Shown here: positions 50,700 to 64,000 of the stretch, one piece after another
How the letters are laid out: the number at the start of each line of letters is the position of its first letter
Position numbering within the stretch: position 1 is the stretch's first letter
Assembly (NCBI RefSeq): GCF_003918875.1
Contig: NW_025766059.1
Coordinates: 310,001-374,000 of the forward strand
Length of the DNA: 64,000 bases
Reading direction: 5' to 3'
Origin: Haliotis rubra
Taxonomy: Eukaryota
Translations under genes and position numbers: made by a program
The notes under the pieces: generated by a model
What the model was told of the DNA's origin: nothing
Database searches by the model: none
What the model saw: the letters and a program-made list of their open reading frames with translations, nothing else

Positions 50700-52960
50700 A
50701 CAGACAGACAGATATTTTATTAAAGTCTCACCTCGTATTTACAATATAAAACAATTGATAAGTCATTAAAACAAACTATCCTTTACGAGCCACCCATTGG
50801 GGGTTACGACAGACTATATGTACAATGTAAAATACGGCTTAATTAATACAAGGTATTAAGAAGCAATATTTGTTAAATACACACTACACATTCCAAAAGA
50901 AAAACTACCCATCATAATATAAAATACTTTGCCGTTTTTCCAATAAAAGTTTGCAGGTTTCGGCCTCGGACATGATAAAACTAAACTTGTCACTATCACT
51001 CAAACATTTAAAATCATAACATATTTCTTCACATTTGACTAAAAGACTGTTTGTAACATCAAAATAAAATGGACATTGGAATAAAACATGTCATTCATCC
51101 TCAACGCACTCGTTACAATTAAAACACACACGTTGGTTCAGGGGCACGTAGGTGTATCGCCCGTCTCAACACGTAGCGGGGCGACTCCACAGCGGAACAT
51201 GGGTAGCTCTCGGCGATACGACCAAGAGAGAGGCTACTCTGTAGATACGGCTCAACTCCGTAGGACTGTTTAAGGTTTCAACTTGTTCTTGCCATCTCCC
51301 CACCCCATATCACCAGCTACAGCATTGTTCGGCGTATACTTCCTCACGCCCACAAAGTACCTCATAGCTCGGTTGTGAACAGCATTTATGGCTGGGATAT
51401 GATACGTTCCCCATATTGCAGCACCGTAGTCTATACTAGCCCTTACCTAGTCGTAAAGCTTTGTAAAAGTCCTGTGCTGCATGCCTCCAAGGATTTTACA
51501 CTTTGATATGAGGAGTCCTAGTGCCCCGCTGGCTACGCCTGCCACCGCATTGCCCATCCAGGTGTAGTTCATATGCTCTGTCAAGAGCAGGCAGAGGTAG
51601 TGGTAGTTTTCTACTATCTCTAGGGTCTTGTTTCCACACTGAAAAATCACAACTGTTCTTTCTACTCCGGCTTCTAAAATGTATGACCTTTGTCTTCTCT
51701 GGGTTGACACACATCTTGTTTACTTGGCACCACTGACTGAGTCCCTCTAGAAGTATATTCAAGTCAGCTTCGGTCTCGGCAAGCAGAATGTTATCGTCGG
51801 CGTAGGCAAGGACGCTTATGCTCTTGTCATCAACTGGTATGCCGATGTCAAAGGCGTTGAGGGTTGATATCAGGTCGCTGATGTACAGGTTAAATTGTAA
51901 GGGTGAAAGCAGACATCCTTGACGTAGACCACTGTTGACCCGAAACCACGGCGTCCTTGACCCGTTTATCCGCACACATGACTTTACATTATGGTAAAGC
52001 GATACGATGGCATTGAATATTTTCCCTTCAATACCAATATTCTGCGACCTTTCTATAAAATACCTATATCTATACAATCGTACGCTTTCCGAAAGTCCAC
52101 GAAAGCTGCGAAAGTCTGTTTGCCCATACTTTTCCTGGTCTCTATAATTGACGTCACAGCTGATGCATGTTCTATGGTTGATCTTCCTCTTCTAAAGCCG
52201 TTCTGCTCATCACCTAGTATATCACAGTTCTCCACATGTTCAGCGAGTGAGTGAGTTAATATTTAACGTCACATCGGCAATATTGCAGCCATATCGTGAC
52301 GAAAACAAGCCATACAAGAAAAAGTAGAAACATTTTGAAGATTAAAACCTGTCGACGATGGACAGTAAAAAGACTAGAAAATCACAGGTATAAATATAAA
52401 ACTAGCCACATGTTCAGAAAGCCTGTTGTTTAGTGTTGCTAGTGTTATTCCTCTGTATGACAACGGGTTGCGAGGATCATCTGTATTCGACTTTGGTATG
52501 GGGTTAATAATTCCCTTCGACCATCCAGTTGGAACTTTCCCATTTCTAAAACACAGATTAAAAGAATTGTGTAGAAACATGAGGGCTTCTTCATTCTTTA
52601 GCACTTCCACTGGTATGCCATCACACCCTGGAAACTTACCTTTCTTGGGTTGGAGTAGAGCATGACGTATCTCCTGAAGTGTTGTTGCGTCATTAAGGAG
52701 GGCGACGTCACTGTGGCGACTGTTTTCCTCTCCATCGATGTTATTGTTAAGAAGGGTGGAGAATGCTGTAGCCCATGTGTCCAAAACAACAGTCTTATCT
52801 CTTGATATCGATCCATCTTCAGTAACCACCTCCATAGGAATCTGTTTTCTTCTTGCACTTCCAACACCAACCTTGCCGATCTTCTTCCAAAACTCACTTG
52901 ATCCTGATTCACATATATCTTCTAAATCTTGCAGGGTCATTTCATATCAAAGGTCGTTGT
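50700..52960 (-). mobile_element. Decayed LINE RT fragment containing a SINE remnant (about 52243-52400, TSD ccacatgttcag)
   Basis: YRGITL, EQNGFR, FVDFRKAYD, SGLRQGCLLSP, LAYADD. Confidence 0.88.
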
Positions 52961-54296
52961 CATGTCTAACCATGTCCGGAAATGAGGTACATGTACTCAG
53001 CGAAATGCACGCTCAACGCTCGCGGTACTGTTACTGAACACGCCTCCCGAACCGATTCAAGGAAACCAGTCTGACCTTTGCTAAATTCCAAGAAAAGCTA
53101 ATGAGTGCTTCTAAAATGGAATGGATTTTCAGTTTCTGCAATTTGAAATTATGCTCTGAACTAGTACAAGTGTTCTGTATTATGTGTAAATTGTTTTGAA
53201 TTGAAAGTGTATCAGTTTCTTAACACTTCGGATCAGTAAAAGCACAGCGTGTGTTTGAATTAGAGATTTATAGCATTTCTGCATTAACTATGAAGTAAAG
53301 CAGGACAATTATTTTGGATTACCCACATGGTAGCGTGGCTCCTTATTTGCTACAGCTTTGTTCATTGGTCATTTGGGAATTGCCAAAATACAAAGAGATT
53401 AAGTATAATTGGGTGACAGTTCATTTTGAATAATCCAAGTGTATATTATAGAGAGAAATATCACTTGCGAGACAAATTCAGGCACAATAAAAAATCTTCA
53501 CTATGTTAGATGCTTGATGAGCATTTCGAAGCTGGAAGGTAACATAACAACGTATGGTATGGTTTACAACTTCTATGTTATTTACAACACGACGTTTCTG
53601 GGCCATTTCATGCCCCTTCATTATGTCAATGAAAGAAAATGATTAACAAGCAAAATATATAGTACGTAAGGGGCACGTAAGGGCCAAAAAATAGCCCAGA
53701 AACGCCATGTTGTAAATAATACAGAAATTGTAAATCCATACGATACCTTATGTTCACTACATTACATGAAAAGTCACCGGTCTGATTTGAAATATCCAGG
53801 AGCTCCACCTCTACTTGTGCAATATTTAGACACAGCTATAAAATGTACAACGAGCCTTACCCTGACCCAGCCAGTATTGAAAGTTCCAGTTGCATTTTCT
53901 TGGGTGTTCAAGGGGAGATCACTCTTGCCTCTCATCTCACATTCAGTCTCAAGTGTCAGTCCTGATTTATTCTTTAAAGTAATAAGAGTTCTGTCGTGTT
54001 GTGTATATTATTTTACAGAAAAACTGTATTCTCTGTGAACCTTTAGAGTGTTTTATCTCCTTCAATCTCTGATTCCCGAAATATAGAATGAATGAAAACT
54101 CTCAAGGAACATATTTTATTTTATGAAATAACAGCAAACAAGAAAACTGAAAAAAAACTTAACAATATGTACTGAACGTCGTGCACCACTGATGACACTA
54201 AGGGTAGTCCTTACAGTTAGTGGTTCCACATCAGGGCGTGACGTACTGAAAAACCGGTCGTACACCAGTTACAGTTTACATTTACACTGGGAAAAG

Positions 54297-54345
54297 ATGG
54301 TCTCCTTGCATGATGCCTTCATCCTCTCTGTCCTGATCACAGTGT
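54297..54345 (+). CDS. Orphan signal-peptide first exon (MVSLHDAFILSVLITV, phase 1)
   Basis: aagATGG context, 49 nt, ends T|GTGAGT; same size and phase as copy 3 exon 1; no downstream exons found. Confidence 0.45.
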
Positions 54346-54603
54346 GTGAGTAGCATAGTTACATACCATATACATGTACCGTATATCAATATTGATCAGA
54401 TGAAGATGTGTTGAAGTGTTACCGTGCTACATTAAAAAAATCAAGCAATCCGGACTTTTTTATGTTTGACGTACTTGATAATATTTCGCTCATATGACGA
54501 CATGCATGCGTGTGTATGTGTATGTGCGGCTGCTTGTACTAGCCCAGACTAAAGCTGGTTTTGTAGTGCTAGCCCACTGAGATACATTATACTTACTCCG
54601 AGC

Positions 54604-54750
54604 NNNNNNNNNNNNNNNNNNNNNNNNNNNNNNNNNNNNNNNNNNNNNNNNNNNNNNNNNNNNNNNNNNNNNNNNNNNNNNNNNNNNNNNNNNNNNNNNN
54701 NNNNNNNNNNNNNNNNNNNNNNNNNNNNNNNNNNNNNNNNNNNNNNNNNN
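54604..54750. other. Assembly gap (147 N)
   Basis: Run of n. Confidence 1.
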
Positions 54751-54830
54751 AGTTCACTAGACTTATTTAGTGTTCTAATGTTGGTTGCACACAGTCTACC
54801 CCGCCTCGGGAGGGTGTTGGTTAATCGGAG

Positions 54831-57800
54831 TTAAGAAGTCGGGGCTCCCTCAGACGTAGCTTTGGCTTGTCCTGTTTCTGTAGGGTATGCTGGAACTGGT
54901 CCAGGAGGGTAAGATGGTGGAGGCTGTGCCGTCCCTGCAGGTTGAGTGTAGTGTGTACCTGGAGCAGGCTGAGGCGGGTAGACGTATCCTGCAGCGTATG
55001 CACCAGTGGTAGTGTTTGAACCTAGACAGAAATAGACACGATCAGCTGAACATGTAGTGTAGTAATGCTATCAGTTGGTTAGCAAGCCAAGGATATACGA
55101 CATGCCTGTGTCCGACTGGCACAGTTCTGGTTACTAATAGTCTACAAGGCTGCTTTGCACTGCGCATCAGAGGTTTGTTGAAACACATTCCTAGACCTTT
55201 ATGGACAGTCAGATAATCATTTCAATTATCATTACCAATGTATATCCATCTACTTACTTCTTACTTTCACACAAACACATATTTTATCGTTCATAATTAC
55301 ACTAGTAATGGTTGCGAGTATGTTGCTGAGACATGTATTTAGGACAAATCGGGAAGTCGAGCCTACAGTCTTAGCATTTTTGCAAACTTGATGAAGACAA
55401 TTCTGAAAGCAAACTTCAGATCTTTGGACGAGGATGATAGCGGGTGTAGGTATTTCGATGTGTTACATAACTGGTTTTTTTATTTCTGTTTTACTATCAT
55501 TTAGGGTTCTGCAGTAAAACTAATTATCATGTACAACCGGATAACATCATGTAGTTTAAACATGCGACGAAACAAATGTTCAAACATGTTGATGCATTTA
55601 TGATGAACGTGACCTATATATACGATTAGGTAACTGACTCTGAGAGTGTGGAATGTCTTTGAATGCAGACTTGATCTCGTCACTATATGGCTGGAATAAT
55701 GCCGATGTATCGTAAAGCCAAACTCAACTGAGAGTGTGGGTTCGAATCCCGGATGGACTCAACCTAACAAAAGTACTAGAATCTGTGTTTTACTGGGCAA
55801 GTGTAGTCCCAAATATATCATAGGCTACATTTGACCACTTTCTAAATGGTGTATTCGTAGTTAGAGTTGTATCTCTGCATCAGACAAGTACAAGTGCAGT
55901 ACAAGTATTTCCCATTTGACACTGAAAGAATATAAAATAAGAATGGTCCCGCAACAATGCCAGTTGCAACGGGCGACTTTGGTAAAATTAAGAAAGAACA
56001 GTTTGTTCATTGAGCTCGCACGTTTGAACCATTACATGCATAACTGAATGTGAATTTAAAAAACGGTTGTGCATATATTGGTAAATGAATATATTATGGA
56101 GAAATATATGTTGTTAGAATGAGATGAGTAACTTTGTAAGCATTTGCATTTTTTTAGTTTTACGCTGCTTTTAGCAATATTCCAGCAATATCACGACGGG
56201 GGACACCAGAAATGGGCTTCACACATTGTACCCATGTGGGGAATCGAACCCGGGTCCTCGGCGTGACGAGCGAACGCTTTAACCACTAGGCTACCCCACC
56301 GCCCCAAGTTTGTAAGCAATCAACTTTATTCCCATAAGAACCACCTTCAAGAGCACATTTGACGTGTTGGTTATTTAACACAAACATAAAAATGTATAAA
56401 ACACGACAATAATATGACTGTAAACATGCAGAAGTATACCTAACTGGAGGTACTGAAATTTATTATGCTAATTCCAGTGAGATTTCCATATTTCACGACT
56501 GACTGATCTTGAACTTGACTTTGAACTTCACTAAGTTTCAAAACATTTGAAAGACCATGTGATCTTTAATCATTGTCCTAAATGAAATCTTTGAAACATT
56601 ATGGTTGTTGAATTGACATTGTTTTTGTGGGTATTCTGCTTTGTTTCTTTAGCGATCAGAACCTGGCACTTGATTGATGTCGAGGTATGCAACTTCACGC
56701 ATACGTGTGTAATACGTTCCTTGTGCGGAGTGATACCGTGACCTCAATGAGGACGTTTCAATAGTGACGTGTAAGATTAGATTAAAACAGTTTATGTCGT
56801 TAAAAAGTATGTAATAAATATAGAACGTCGTGCGAGTGCATTTGGACCTTACGTATTTAACTCGATGATGTCGTAGTAGGAGGGAAACAACTGGTTCTCG
56901 TTGTTTCTCTAATACCATGACATTTTCTCATTCAATACACAGGGTCCAAATGCACTGTTATGGCGTTATCTGTCTGTCTACCCGTTCTAAAGGTGGTAAT
57001 AATGGTATATGTACAGTACCAGTAGTAGCTATTACAGCCATCGGTTGACCGGTTGCAATAACTTGACCTTGGTGACCTTTAGATGATCGGCAGCAGCAGC
57101 GTACACAGCATATGACTAATCCAACAATCACGACGATCGTCAACACAGCACTGCACACGATCCCGATAATTAGTGCAACCGTTGCAGTTGTTTCGGCATT
57201 GTTTCCGCTGCAAGAAACATGTTGGGCAATATGTGAACACCACCTACCTTTTGGCTTTATCGTAGAAAACATATTAATGGAGCATTGCTACCATTAAATA
57301 AAACAACGATACTAGCTCACTCCACAAAATAATCCACAATAATTAGTTTTAAAGATTTTCTGGCATCCAGATTCATCGCCATGATGAAGACTACAACATG
57401 CTAAGTGTCAAGGACCAAATCTGTCATGAAATCTTAGGTTGACACCGCTTCATGCCCATTTCCACCTTTCCAGACACGATTATGCCTCTCAAGGGTATTG
57501 ACTCTTGGATGGCTACTGAACAATATCCGATCAAATATATAACTGATGCTCCAGTTAAACTTCCAGACCAAAGTACCTTGTCTTGACTTGCCAGAAATTC
57601 TGATTCATAGTATGTATGGAGAAACACCGAGAGAGGGAGGAGAAAAGCAGTAAAGCTTGTACAATTGTATAATGAGCAGAATCAATTAATAGGATTGACC
57701 GAAATAACCCCCCACAGAGAGTAAATCACAAGTAAATCGACCTTGAAAGTTGCAAGATCGAGTCAAACATGTGGTTCGGTGTCAAGATTTATAGAAATAC

Positions 57801-60800
57801 ACCTAACGTTCCTCCTAGGCTGTTTGTCGACAACATCTTTCTCCCTTCCAATATTTGGTGTTAACGATTCTATGTCTTGATCCTCTGCAGTTGCAAAGTA
57901 CACATTATGACCAAACGATAAAAACTTTAATGCAAGCATGCATTTTATTTTATAGAGACTGGTCTACGAGAAGGTTGGTTGAAGTTCTTCAGCTGAGGAA
58001 TGCAGCAAACGGCTACACTGATGTGGCTTGTTCACGTGTATCAATGAATGATTGACAGAGATAGGAATAAAAAGAATGTTCAGTTATGCCTGGTTATGTT
58101 TGGTTTGTCATCTGTGGTGCTAATGAACGACAAATAGATGGAAGTTTGGTTTGAACAGGGTATAGCTAACGTAAACCAGACGAAATCAAATAACCAATTT
58201 CACATTTTTATAGCATATGTTCTTGTTTCTTTGTTAGTTTAATGAAAAGTAGACATGTAGACAAGACTTTGGTAGATTTAATTAAATCTTTACCAAGAAT
58301 CATTTTTGTGTCAAATTTAACTTTTAAACATTAACATGTAGATGTGTTCTCCCAGTACCAATGAAATAGTGCACACGTGATGGGTACACTCGTCATTTTT
58401 CAAACACATGTATCTTCACTGTTGGATAGTGATTCAGAATCACATGCTTATGATATGGTTGGAATCGTGGACCATTCGTAGAGATATGTTACGGTTTGGG
58501 AAAGTAACATCTCTAACTGAAGTGAGCAGCGGAAATGTTTTCTGTATACAAGCTAACGACCTCAGTGACATGGTAGTCAGTAACCTCACTGACATTCTTC
58601 AAAGCACTGCTGTGTTGTGTGGTTTGGGAAGGAGACCTAAATGTGATAACTCTCATAACTCTACTGTATGGTACGACAGAGAATGTGAAATCCTGCAATC
58701 ATAGAAATTCAGATTATTAGAAAATTTTAGACTAACTGGAAGTAAAGAGTAATGTTCATGCAAGAAATAATTACAGATACATATGCAGATAGAAGAAGAG
58801 AAAATACGAAGAGTTCCAAATTCACTATTAATAGACAGTTCCAGGGAAAGCAAATTATTTGGGCAAAACCTAAATAGATGACAAGCAACAGGTAACACAG
58901 TGAATATAACAGAACTAGAAGAAGCTGACCATTGCACTAGACATCCACTGTGAATGTGTGTGTGATGATGACAGGATAAAACAGAACTAGAAGAAGCTGA
59001 CCATGGCACTAGACATCCACTGTGACTGTGTGTGTGATAATGACAGGATAAAACAGAACTAGAAGAAGCTGACCATGGCACTAGACATCCACTGTGACTG
59101 TGTGTGTGATAATGACATCATGTATCTACTGAATAGAGACGTGATGCTCCAAGAAGTTGAAGCAGCCATAAAAGGCATGACATCGGGTAAAGCAGCTGAT
59201 CCGGACGATATTAAAGCAGAGATGGTGAAATCATGTGCTGATCTTTTAAGTCCACATGTAGTCATTGTATATAATATCATCCTAACCAAAGGAGAATATC
59301 CTACTGAATGGGCTAAGGGATTAATCGTACCACTCCACAAGAAAGGCGCCATTAACTTAGTCAACAACTATAGAGGTATCTCACTCATGGACATTTTCGG
59401 AAAGATATTTTGTTCCATTCTAAACAACCGTCAACAAACATTTGCAGCACTTAATGACTAGAGTCCTAAAGCTAAAGCAGGATTTAGGAACAACTACAAC
59501 ACAACTGATGATATTTTTACTACGCTACAATGTTTCATACAGAAATACCAATCAAGGCGAGCGGGACGATTTTATTGTTTATTTGTTGACTTTGATTCAA
59601 TAAATAGAAAACTTATCTTCATTCACTATTAAAGAATGATATCCATGGACGAACTCTTACTGTGCTAAGGAATATGTACTCCTAAAACCACGTGTGCTGT
59701 CCGAATAACCAACACCCCAATCTTAGAATACTTTGACTGTCTTAGCGGAGTTAGACAAGGATGTGTCTTGAGCCCCATTTTGCCCATGATGTTTATATCA
59801 GAATTGCATTAATGCAAGAAAACGCGGAAATTAGAGGAATATTTGTTGGATCTGAATTTTTAGAATTATTACTTTTGCTTTGAGATGGTGATTTATGTAT
59901 TTTCGATTACTCTGTTTTTGGACTGCAAGGAAACATTGACATTCTAAACGACTACTGTACAACGTTGGGATTACAGGTTAGCATGGATAAAACAGAGATA
60001 CTGGTCTTTCGAAACCGAGTTTTACGTCACTATGAAAAATGGTTTCTTCAAGGAGCACAGTTAAAAACTTTTTGTTTTGTTTAAGGATATTTCTAAACGA
60101 TATCATATTTACTTGCAAATTCTTAGGCAAAAATCTACCCCGAAGGTCTTTATAATAAGCTGGACATTTTAACAAAAAGTGATATTCATCTTCTAAATCT
60201 ACTTTACATGCAGGACAATTTCTTTGAGATACATCAATATTCTGCCACCTTCCTACGTTATTTTTTAAACGTAAGACACCAGCTCTGAATTTGACCAATA
60301 CTTTACGGAATTAATATTCCAAATTTGAAGACAGATACCCCTTAGGCTCAAGAAGACTCTTATATTCTGCATATCACGTATAACGTGAACTGTTTTCAAG
60401 AGTAGATGTCCAATTGTGGTAAAACATATTGATCAAGCGTTCTTTAAAATCAAGCGTTCATTAATCTACAAGTATCCAAATATTCCAGTTAATATTCTTT
60501 TTAAGCTCTTTGATACCAAAGTGAAGCCAATTCTACTTTATGGTGCAGAAGTGTGGGGTATTCAAGAGCGACAGTTGATAAACAAATTTCATACAACTTT
60601 CTGTAAATATTGCTCTTGGCCTTTGTAAACATGTTTCTAGCAATGTTATGTTATCAGATTGTGGTAGATATTGTACAAGTGTTGATTATTATGTTAAATG
60701 TGAATGTTACGCGTGTAAATGATTTTATATGTCTGAAGACAGGTATCCTAAACAATGTTATATTTTGATGAATTATCTCGACTCATTTGGTAGATATACT

Positions 60801-62747
60801 TCGGCATCATACGTACAAAGTTTGTTAAATACCAACGGGTTTGGATTTGTGTGGTTTAGTCATGGTGTTTGCAATATTGATAATTTTATATCCATGTTCA
60901 AACAGAGGCTTACTGATGTAAAGGGGCAAAGCATATTGATAAGAATTAATTAATCATCGCATTTAGTATATTAAAAAAACCATTAAGTCTTTATTAAATG
61001 TAGAGTTTTATGTTACAATTGTACATTTTAAAGAATATAGACGATATTTACGTTTCTTTAGACTTTATCACCTACCCCGTCTTTATAATGTAAGACGTAC
61101 AGAAGATTATTATGCCCCAACAATATGTAACATGTGTAACAATTACATCCCAGAGGATGAATTACATTTTCTTTTTGTCTGTGATGCATATGTAATTTTA
61201 CGAAGTTTATATTTACCCAATTTTGATCAATGTCAAGATATCATTAAATTTAAAAAAAATAATGCAATGTAATTATACCAGTATTCTTTTAAAAACTGTG
61301 CATTATTAAGTATGCCCTCGTGATCAAATCAAAAGTGTGTAAATAATGTATAACTTCTACATTGCTTTGTCAAGAATAAAATTTGTATCCTACGATTGTA
61401 CATGGGCCGATGGCCTACTTACAGAAATACACACAGTCGTGGATGAGGATCCAGAACTTACCTGCTGCAACAGTATTGGTTGCTCAAGTCCCCGCAACAT
61501 TCATAGCCGCAGTAAAAGGTCATACCACCGTTGTTGCAATATGAACCGCCATGTGCTGAAAAGGTAAAACCATCTTTGTCAGTCTTTGTTAGAATGATGA
61601 TATTTTGGCATGAACATAACGATGATGTTTTGGCATGAATATAATCACGATTTTTGGCATGAACATAATGATGATATATTTTGGCATGAACATAATGAGG
61701 TGAGGTGAGGTGAAATTGGGTTTAACGTCGTGCTTGAGAATATTTCGCTCATATGACGACGTGCATGCGTGTGTATATTTATGTGCGGCCGCTTGTACTA
61801 GCCCATACTTAAGCTGGTTTTATAGTGCTAGCCGCAGTGAAGCATGAATACCCCACTCAGACACATTGTACTGACTCCGAACCGACCAGTCCTTGTTGTA
61901 CCCGTTAATGCCGAGCGCCAGGCAGAGACCAACAAGTACCATATTTTAACGTCTTTTGGTATGACGCAGTCTGGGATCGAACCCGCGACCTTCCGCTCTC
62001 CGGGCGGACGATCTAACCACTACACCACGGCGGCGGTTGAACATAACGATGATATTTTGGAAAGAACACTGACAAAACGAATCGATGGTTTATGGTACCC
62101 TGAACTCATGTGTTGGATTATGAGGCAGTACTTCCAGTAAGATAATGTCCTTGGATCGGTTCAAGATGTTCTTCTCAATGTTAGTACTATAGATAACATT
62201 TCATCCACAAGCAACCCGTGAAGCAACCCGTGAAGATCCGGATTAGAATTCATCTTCAGCAACCCATGCTTGTGGCCAGGCTCGCTGATTTGGTCGACAC
62301 ATGTCATCGTATCCCAATTGCTCATATCAATGCTCATGCTGTTGATCACAGCTAGGTCCACATTCGATTATTTTCATACCGCCGCCATACAAGTGGAGTA
62401 TTGCTGAATGCGGCATTAAACAACCAATAAACACATCTCGTGCACATGCATACATGCTGAAGAAGTTATGACAAAACAAGTTAATGGTATGAAATATGCA
62501 GGGCTTGGATCGCCCCTGTGGAATTTAAAAGTAGACGGTATAGTGATAAGGCCTTGGGTGTGTTGAGGTGTTTGACGATGACGAGAACACTGCATAAAAT
62601 GTTGTAGGTTTTGTTTGCCTCCATTTCCACCCGTTACATTTGACCTGGTGATGTTTACAAATGGCATAATGGTTTACAAATGGTAGATGAATACTCACAA
62701 ACAATAGCCAGTACAAGAATAATAAACACAGCGGTTAGAGAGAACAT
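54831..62747 (-). CDS. CYYR1/Shisa-like single-pass membrane protein, copy 3; exons 62747-62699, 61555-61462, 57207-57020, 55021-54831
   Basis: MFSLTAVFIILVLAIVS-HGGSYCNNGGMTFYCGYECCGDLSNQYCCSS-GNNAETTATVALIIGIVCSAVLTIVVIVGLVICCVRCCCR...PPPSY; GT-AG introns with phases 1,2,1; exon 1 assignment is less certain than exons 2-4. Confidence 0.8.
56150..56305 (-). mobile_element. tRNA-derived SINE, full length
   Basis: ggggcggtggggtagcctagtgg...ggttcgattcc; TSD tttgtaagca. Confidence 0.85.
58505..61420 (+). mobile_element. Decayed LINE in intron 2 of copy 3, with a short internal tandem duplication (about 58910-59115) and an inverted LINE 3' fragment (about 60060-60415)
   Basis: NNYRGISL, GVRQGCVLSP, PILLYGAEVWG; absent from the copy 1 and copy 2 introns. 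Confidence 0.85.
61697..62037 (-). mobile_element. Full-length tRNA-derived SINE
   Basis: Head gccgccgtggtgtagtggttag...ggttcgatccc, (CTCAC)n tail, TSD tgaacataa; sits in a 26-bp-like local tandem repeat. Confidence 0.85.
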
Positions 62748-62789
62748 CCTGTCGATTCGAGTACCACCGAGATACGTATGCTGTCGTGA

Positions 62790-62816
62790 CTACATTTCTA
62801 TATAAATACTTCCTGT
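62790..62816 (-). promoter_or_regulatory. Candidate core promoter of copy 3 (ETS-like CAGGAAG next to TATA-like TTTATATAG)
   Basis: caggaagtatttatatagaa about 50-65 nt upstream of the ATG at 62747. Confidence 0.35.
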
Positions 62817-63309
62817 GTTGTGTCATTGTGTTTAGAAACTCTCGTTACTCTTCCAACATAATTTATCTCTGTGTACACATAAGCTAATATAACACCCCTG
62901 TACAAAGTGTTCAATGAGGAAATAATTCAATGACATTTGTTTGTACAGTGTATAGAACATTCTACCAGACCTCGTCGCATACACACAAAAACCGATACAC
63001 GTGAGCTCATAGCTCGCTCCACAATCAATACACACCATACGGTACACAATAACCAGACCACACATCACCGTACAAGGCCCGACTGGCCCAGTTGTCAAAG
63101 GTGTCATAATTCTGCATACAAGGTGTTTTGAATTTAGATTCAGTGCAATATACATTCAGTGTGTGAATAATATATCTAGCAAGTTATTGATGTATTCTGT
63201 ATCTAATTTTCTTAGTTTCAACACCTTGTGAATTGATATAATGTCTAAATATTTATGATATTTTAAATAATTAAGGAAAGAAACATCCATTCATTCATTT
63301 AGACATCAA

Positions 63310-63645
63310 GTTACACACACATCCTACTGCACACACAACGCATCTTACACACACGAACTGATTATATGTAACATACTTAACGCTGACTCTACACCACAGA
63401 ATAAACATACATTACACACCGACCTTACACACACGCTTACACACACACACACACACACACAAAAGACACAAAACACGACACGCACACTACATGCTGACCC
63501 TACACTAAAGAATACATATGCATGACACTAGACATTCCACACAACTATCGCACACACATACACATGGAACACGCCACACAGGCTACACACAGTCTCTGTG
63601 TCCCACAATAGACGGTCCCAATAGACATATGTGACACTACACACC
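63310..63645. repeat. Degenerate (CA)n-rich microsatellite region
   Basis: Repeated acacac tracts; pure (CA)n at about 63440-63460. Confidence 0.85.
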
Positions 63646-64000
63646 AACAAGAGTTGAGTTGATGAAAAGTTGGGTTTTACGTCACATCAATATTATTCCA
63701 GCCAAAGAATTACCGGAAAGCAAGCGATGAGAACGAGATCAACGCTGAATTCATGCACAATGAACATACCAAATGAGTTTTATTTTGAAAACATATATAT
63801 TCATTACATTGTTATTCATGAAAAAACAGATAATAAATGGCGTAGCAGATTCATATCTGCAGTTGCAAAAAGATATAATTCAAAAGCAGGCAATTTGTTA
63901 TTCACATTACAGACCGAGACAGACTCCTTCCAATCGTCACTGGGATACTCAGTATACGCATTATGTCTTATCACATGAATGAAACATTTTGACAAATTCT

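Noticed and set aside
56215-56305. tRNA genes (also 40730-40800, 45575-45670, 61960-62037)
   Set aside because: tRNA-like heads run into SINE bodies, tails and TSDs, with no clean cloverleaf or terminator

Overview
AT-rich animal (metazoan) genomic DNA. The SINE and LINE repertoire looks molluscan, possibly gastropod, but that is inference. One N-gap lies at 54604-54750. The only host genes I can support are three tandem, minus-strand, 4-exon paralogues of a CYYR1/Shisa-like type-I membrane protein (signal peptide, 6-Cys ectodomain, TM helix plus Cys cluster, PPSY tail). Copy 1 is a pseudogene, copies 2 and 3 are intact, and an orphan signal-peptide exon lies on the + strand. The rest is a nest of mostly decayed mobile elements: a full-boundary DIRS retrotransposon (ITRs, ICR, internal 47-bp minisatellite), a Polinton/adintovirus-type pPolB relic, a Gypsy-like solo LTR and an LTR+PBS, four Tc1/mariner relics, MITEs, an L1/Tx1-like LINE, several other LINE fragments, SINEs, and a complete-ended ISL2EU-type DNA transposon (THAP-DDE transposase convergent with a SWIM-YqaJ-PHD gene). 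The most striking observation is in that DNA transposon. The spacer between its two convergent genes carries two oppositely oriented, covarying type III hammerhead ribozymes, one downstream of each gene, and each is preceded by a templated A-rich tract.
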